From the sequence record SRR31156797_2106: DNA of 50,629 nt; one strand, given 5' to 3'. A model generated the notes under the pieces. The model did not search any database. It was given only the letters and a program-made list of their open reading frames with translations, and was not told the DNA's origin. This document shows positions 47,913-50,629 of the stretch, in pieces; the first letter of the stretch is position 1; every line of letters starts with the position of its first letter. The position numbers and the translations under genes were made by a program.

Positions 47913-48797
47913 TTAATTACGTTTATCAACACCCCACATCAGTTTATTTCTCAAGGTTCCATAAAAACTGTGAGTTTTCAGTTTCAACACCTTTATCTGG
48001 AAATCTGACCTTTTTATTTTAAGTTCAATTGAAGACTCAAAAGTACAAGAACGAGAATCTAAGGAAGCCAGATAAGTATCACTTCGTCCTTCAACCCTTA
48101 GTGTTATTTCATGATGATTTGGAACAACAATTGGTCGCACTGTCAGATTGTGTGGAGAAATTGGAGAGATGATAAAATTTTGTGTATTAGGAATAAGAAT
48201 CGGACCGCCAACACTTAGAGAATAAGCCGTAGATCCTGTTGGAGTTGCAATAATTAATCCATCTGCCCAATAAGAATTTAAGTATTCATTGTTTAGGTAG
48301 GTATGAATTGTGATCATTGAAGCCGAATCCTTCTTGTGAACTGTAAATTCGTTTAAAGCATAATTAAACTCATCAAAGAGTCCATTCTTAGAAGTCTCCA
48401 ACTGCAATAAACTTCTCTCTTCAATCGAATATTCTCCTGCAAAAATATCGGTTAAAGCCTGAGGAATTTCATCTTTAGCTATGTCAGCCATAAATCCTAG
48501 TCGCCCACTATTTATTCCAACAATAGGAATCTCTGAATCTCGAACAATGGTTACAGCATCTAAAAAGGTTCCGTCACCACCTATCGAGAACACGAACTTC
48601 ACATCTTTATCAAGGCTATCAAAACCATTAAAATAGCCATGAACCGGTGGTTTAAAATTTATTTCTCTAATTAAAAAATCGTAAAATGGCTCGTAAATGT
48701 ATATCTCCACATCATGCTTTGAAAATACATCAAACATTAGCTTAAAACTTTCGGTAAAATTTTCATTAAACAATTTACCAAACAAGGCTATTTTCAT
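47913..48797 (-). CDS. nadK: NAD kinase
   Basis: GGDGT, GINSGRLGF, ALNE, DGLIIATPTGSTAYSLSVGGP. Confidence 0.96.
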   Translation of the reverse strand: MKIALFGKLFNENFTESFKLMFDVFSKHDVEIYIYEPFYDFLIREINFKPPVHGYFNGFDSLDKDVKFVFSIGGDGTFLDAVTIVRDSEIPIVGINSGRLGFMADIAKDEIPQALTDIFAGEYSIEERSLLQLETSKNGLFDEFNYALNEFTVHKKDSASMITIHTYLNNEYLNSYWADGLIIATPTGSTAYSLSVGGPILIPNTQNFIISPISPHNLTVRPIVVPNHHEITLRVEGRSDTYLASLDSRSCTFESSIELKIKRSDFQIKVLKLKTHSFYGTLRNKLMWGVDKRN

Positions 48798-48917
48798 CGT
48801 TTTGTAGTTTGATCGTAAAAGTGTTCTTTTTCTTATTAATAAAATAAGTCAACAGCAAATATAAATGATTCTACAAGTCTTCAAAGACCTAAACGGAGAA
48901 AAGCAGTTTTATATTGG

Positions 48918-49583
48918 TTAGATATTCAAAAAACGCATAAAAGAATTGTATCGGTCTTCCAACATGTCTTTCATATCGTCCTCACGAACATATGTTGTTT
49001 TGATGGTGTAATCGTAGCGTAGAAAGGTTTGAATAATAGATGTAAGGTTACTTCGGTTGACCTTAATCGTTAACTCTATTTTTTTTGAATCAGTAGAAGA
49101 TTTTACATACAAACTTAAAATTTTCGCATCGTTACTTTCTACTATTCTTGATATCTCGCTTAAAGAATAATCGACTGAATTTAAATCGAGAACAATAATT
49201 CCTCCAGGTTCTCTTACGGAAAAGATTCGCTCAATATATTGCATTAAATCATTTAAAGTAATTAAACCCAGGTAGGTTTTCTCATCTTCCAGAACTGGTA
49301 TAACCGTAAGTTTTAATCTTGAAATAATTTCAATAACATCATAAATATGATGATTCTCCATTACGTACGGACTAAACAAAGAAAGCTTTTGGTCACCAAT
49401 TGGTTCTTCTGCCTTATTTAGATCGTAAATATCATTATCAGAAATTAAGCCTAGAAACTCATCGCCTTTTACAATTGGCAAATGCGATACTCTGAATATT
49501 TCCATCCAGTTTAACGCTTGTATGCCAGTATCAGTCTCTCTCAGTACCGGAACAACATCAGAAATTAAATCTTTTGCTATCAT
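48918..49583 (-). CDS. CBS domain-containing protein (CBS pair plus ACT-like C-terminus)
   Basis: SHLPIV...FLGLIS, TVIPVL...YLGLIT; DYSLSEISRIVESN. Confidence 0.88.
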   Translation of the reverse strand: MIAKDLISDVVPVLRETDTGIQALNWMEIFRVSHLPIVKGDEFLGLISDNDIYDLNKAEEPIGDQKLSLFSPYVMENHHIYDVIEIISRLKLTVIPVLEDEKTYLGLITLNDLMQYIERIFSVREPGGIIVLDLNSVDYSLSEISRIVESNDAKILSLYVKSSTDSKKIELTIKVNRSNLTSIIQTFLRYDYTIKTTYVREDDMKDMLEDRYNSFMRFLNI

Positions 49584-49693
49584 ATATACCTGTTTTCTAG
49601 GAATTACTTTTATTTTTGCCGCAAGGTAAGATCAGTTTCATACTAAAATGAACTAAATTTACCTGTCATTCTATTTATTAAGATTTCATAAAT

Positions 49694-50407
49694 ATGACCA
49701 GACTTAGTGTAAATATAAACAAAATTGCGACATTAAGAAACGCCCGAGGCGGTAACACTCCTAATGTATGCGATGCTGCAGTTAACTGCGAAAGATTTGG
49801 AGCAGAAGGAATTACGATTCATCCACGTCCAGATGAAAGACATATTAGATATCAGGATGTTATTGATTTAAATCCATTAGTTAGTACTGAATTCAATATT
49901 GAGGGATATCCTTCAAAAGATTTTATTGATATGGTTATCGATATCAAGCCTGATCAGGTAACATTGGTGCCTGATCCACCAGAAGCCATAACTTCAAATG
50001 CAGGTTGGGATACGGTTAAGAATAAAGATTTTTTAATTGAAGTTATCTCAAAATTTAAAGCCGAAGGAATTAGAACATCCATTTTTGTTGATACTGAATT
50101 GGCAAATATCGAAGGAGCTGTAGCTACCGGAACTGATAGAATCGAACTATACACCGAGCCATATGCCACCAATTATCCGATAAACAAACAAGAGGCAATT
50201 CGCCCATTTGTTATTGCTGCACAAAGAGCTTCGGAACTTGGCTTAGAAATTAATGCCGGACATGATTTGAGTTTGGAGAATCTTAACTTTTTCTACAAAA
50301 ACATTCCTAATTTAGCTGAGGTATCAATTGGTCACGCACTAATATCCGATGCACTTTATTTTGGATTGGAAAATACAATTCAAATGTATCGCAAGTGTCT
50401 TAAATAG
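49694..50407 (+). CDS. pdxJ: Pyridoxine 5'-phosphate synthase
   Basis: [49 protein letters not shown]. Confidence 0.97.
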   Translation: MTRLSVNINKIATLRNARGGNTPNVCDAAVNCERFGAEGITIHPRPDERHIRYQDVIDLNPLVSTEFNIEGYPSKDFIDMVIDIKPDQVTLVPDPPEAITSNAGWDTVKNKDFLIEVISKFKAEGIRTSIFVDTELANIEGAVATGTDRIELYTEPYATNYPINKQEAIRPFVIAAQRASELGLEINAGHDLSLENLNFFYKNIPNLAEVSIGHALISDALYFGLENTIQMYRKCLK

Positions 50408-50456
50408 GATACTCATTTGATAAAAATATAAGGATGCTCAAAAGGCAGGCTATGAC

Positions 50457-50496
50457 AAAAGGCGCTTCAGAGATCTCAATCTCTGAAGCGCCTTTT
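50457..50496. terminator. Strong bidirectional terminator after pdxJ
   Basis: Perfect 18-bp stem AAAAGGCGCTTCAGAGAT / ATCTCTGAAGCGCCTTTT. Confidence 0.88.
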
Positions 50497-50629
50497 AAAT
50501 AAAGAGATTGCAGCCTATCCGCAACATCCTAATACTTTACATATAATCACACGGTTTAAACATGGTTTAAACTTTTTCTGCTTTTTAATCACTTTAAAGC
50601 AAAAAGCCGCTCCAAAAAATGAAGCAGCT

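Noticed and set aside
2538-50172. Numerous 60-130 aa antisense or alternate-frame ORFs inside nqr, bioB, sod, kor, susC, bamA and pdxJ
   Set aside because: Shadow ORFs of well-supported genes with no motifs of their own.
1-50629. tRNA, rRNA, IS transposase, prophage or defence genes
   Set aside because: No cloverleaf or rRNA-like stretch and no transposase, integrase, phage or recognisable defence ORF; intergenic gaps are short and mostly accounted for.

Overview
AT-rich chromosomal window from a Bacteroidota bacterium; the SusC N-terminus and gene set suggest a marine Marinifilaceae-like organism (inference). Mostly core genes: nqrABCDEF (nqrF runs off the left edge), T9SS Plug-like and PorG-like genes, a stand-alone bioB, a lipoprotein-LytS-LytR operon, nhaC, pruA and a monofunctional proline dehydrogenase, tandem Fe- and Mn-type SODs, a MATE transporter, folE, fabD, a receiver/PEP-synthase-like fusion, 2-oxoacid:ferredoxin oxidoreductase, an orphan SusC/SusD pair, and the CBS-nadK-porG-uppS-bamA-skp-skp-murI cluster opposite pdxJ. 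I found no rRNA, tRNA, CRISPR array or transposase. The best leads are: (1) a small FRRWSRKSYAAFAS-motif ORF tightly coupled to an atypical BioB whose [2Fe-2S] Arg ligand appears replaced by Ala; (2) a 42-bp-periodic array of short palindromes after bioB; (3) a ~220-nt highly structured, pseudoknot-capable intergenic element between nhaC and pruA; (4) a dikinase-like protein that carries an apparently intact receiver domain. All family assignments come from motif recognition only; no database searches were run.
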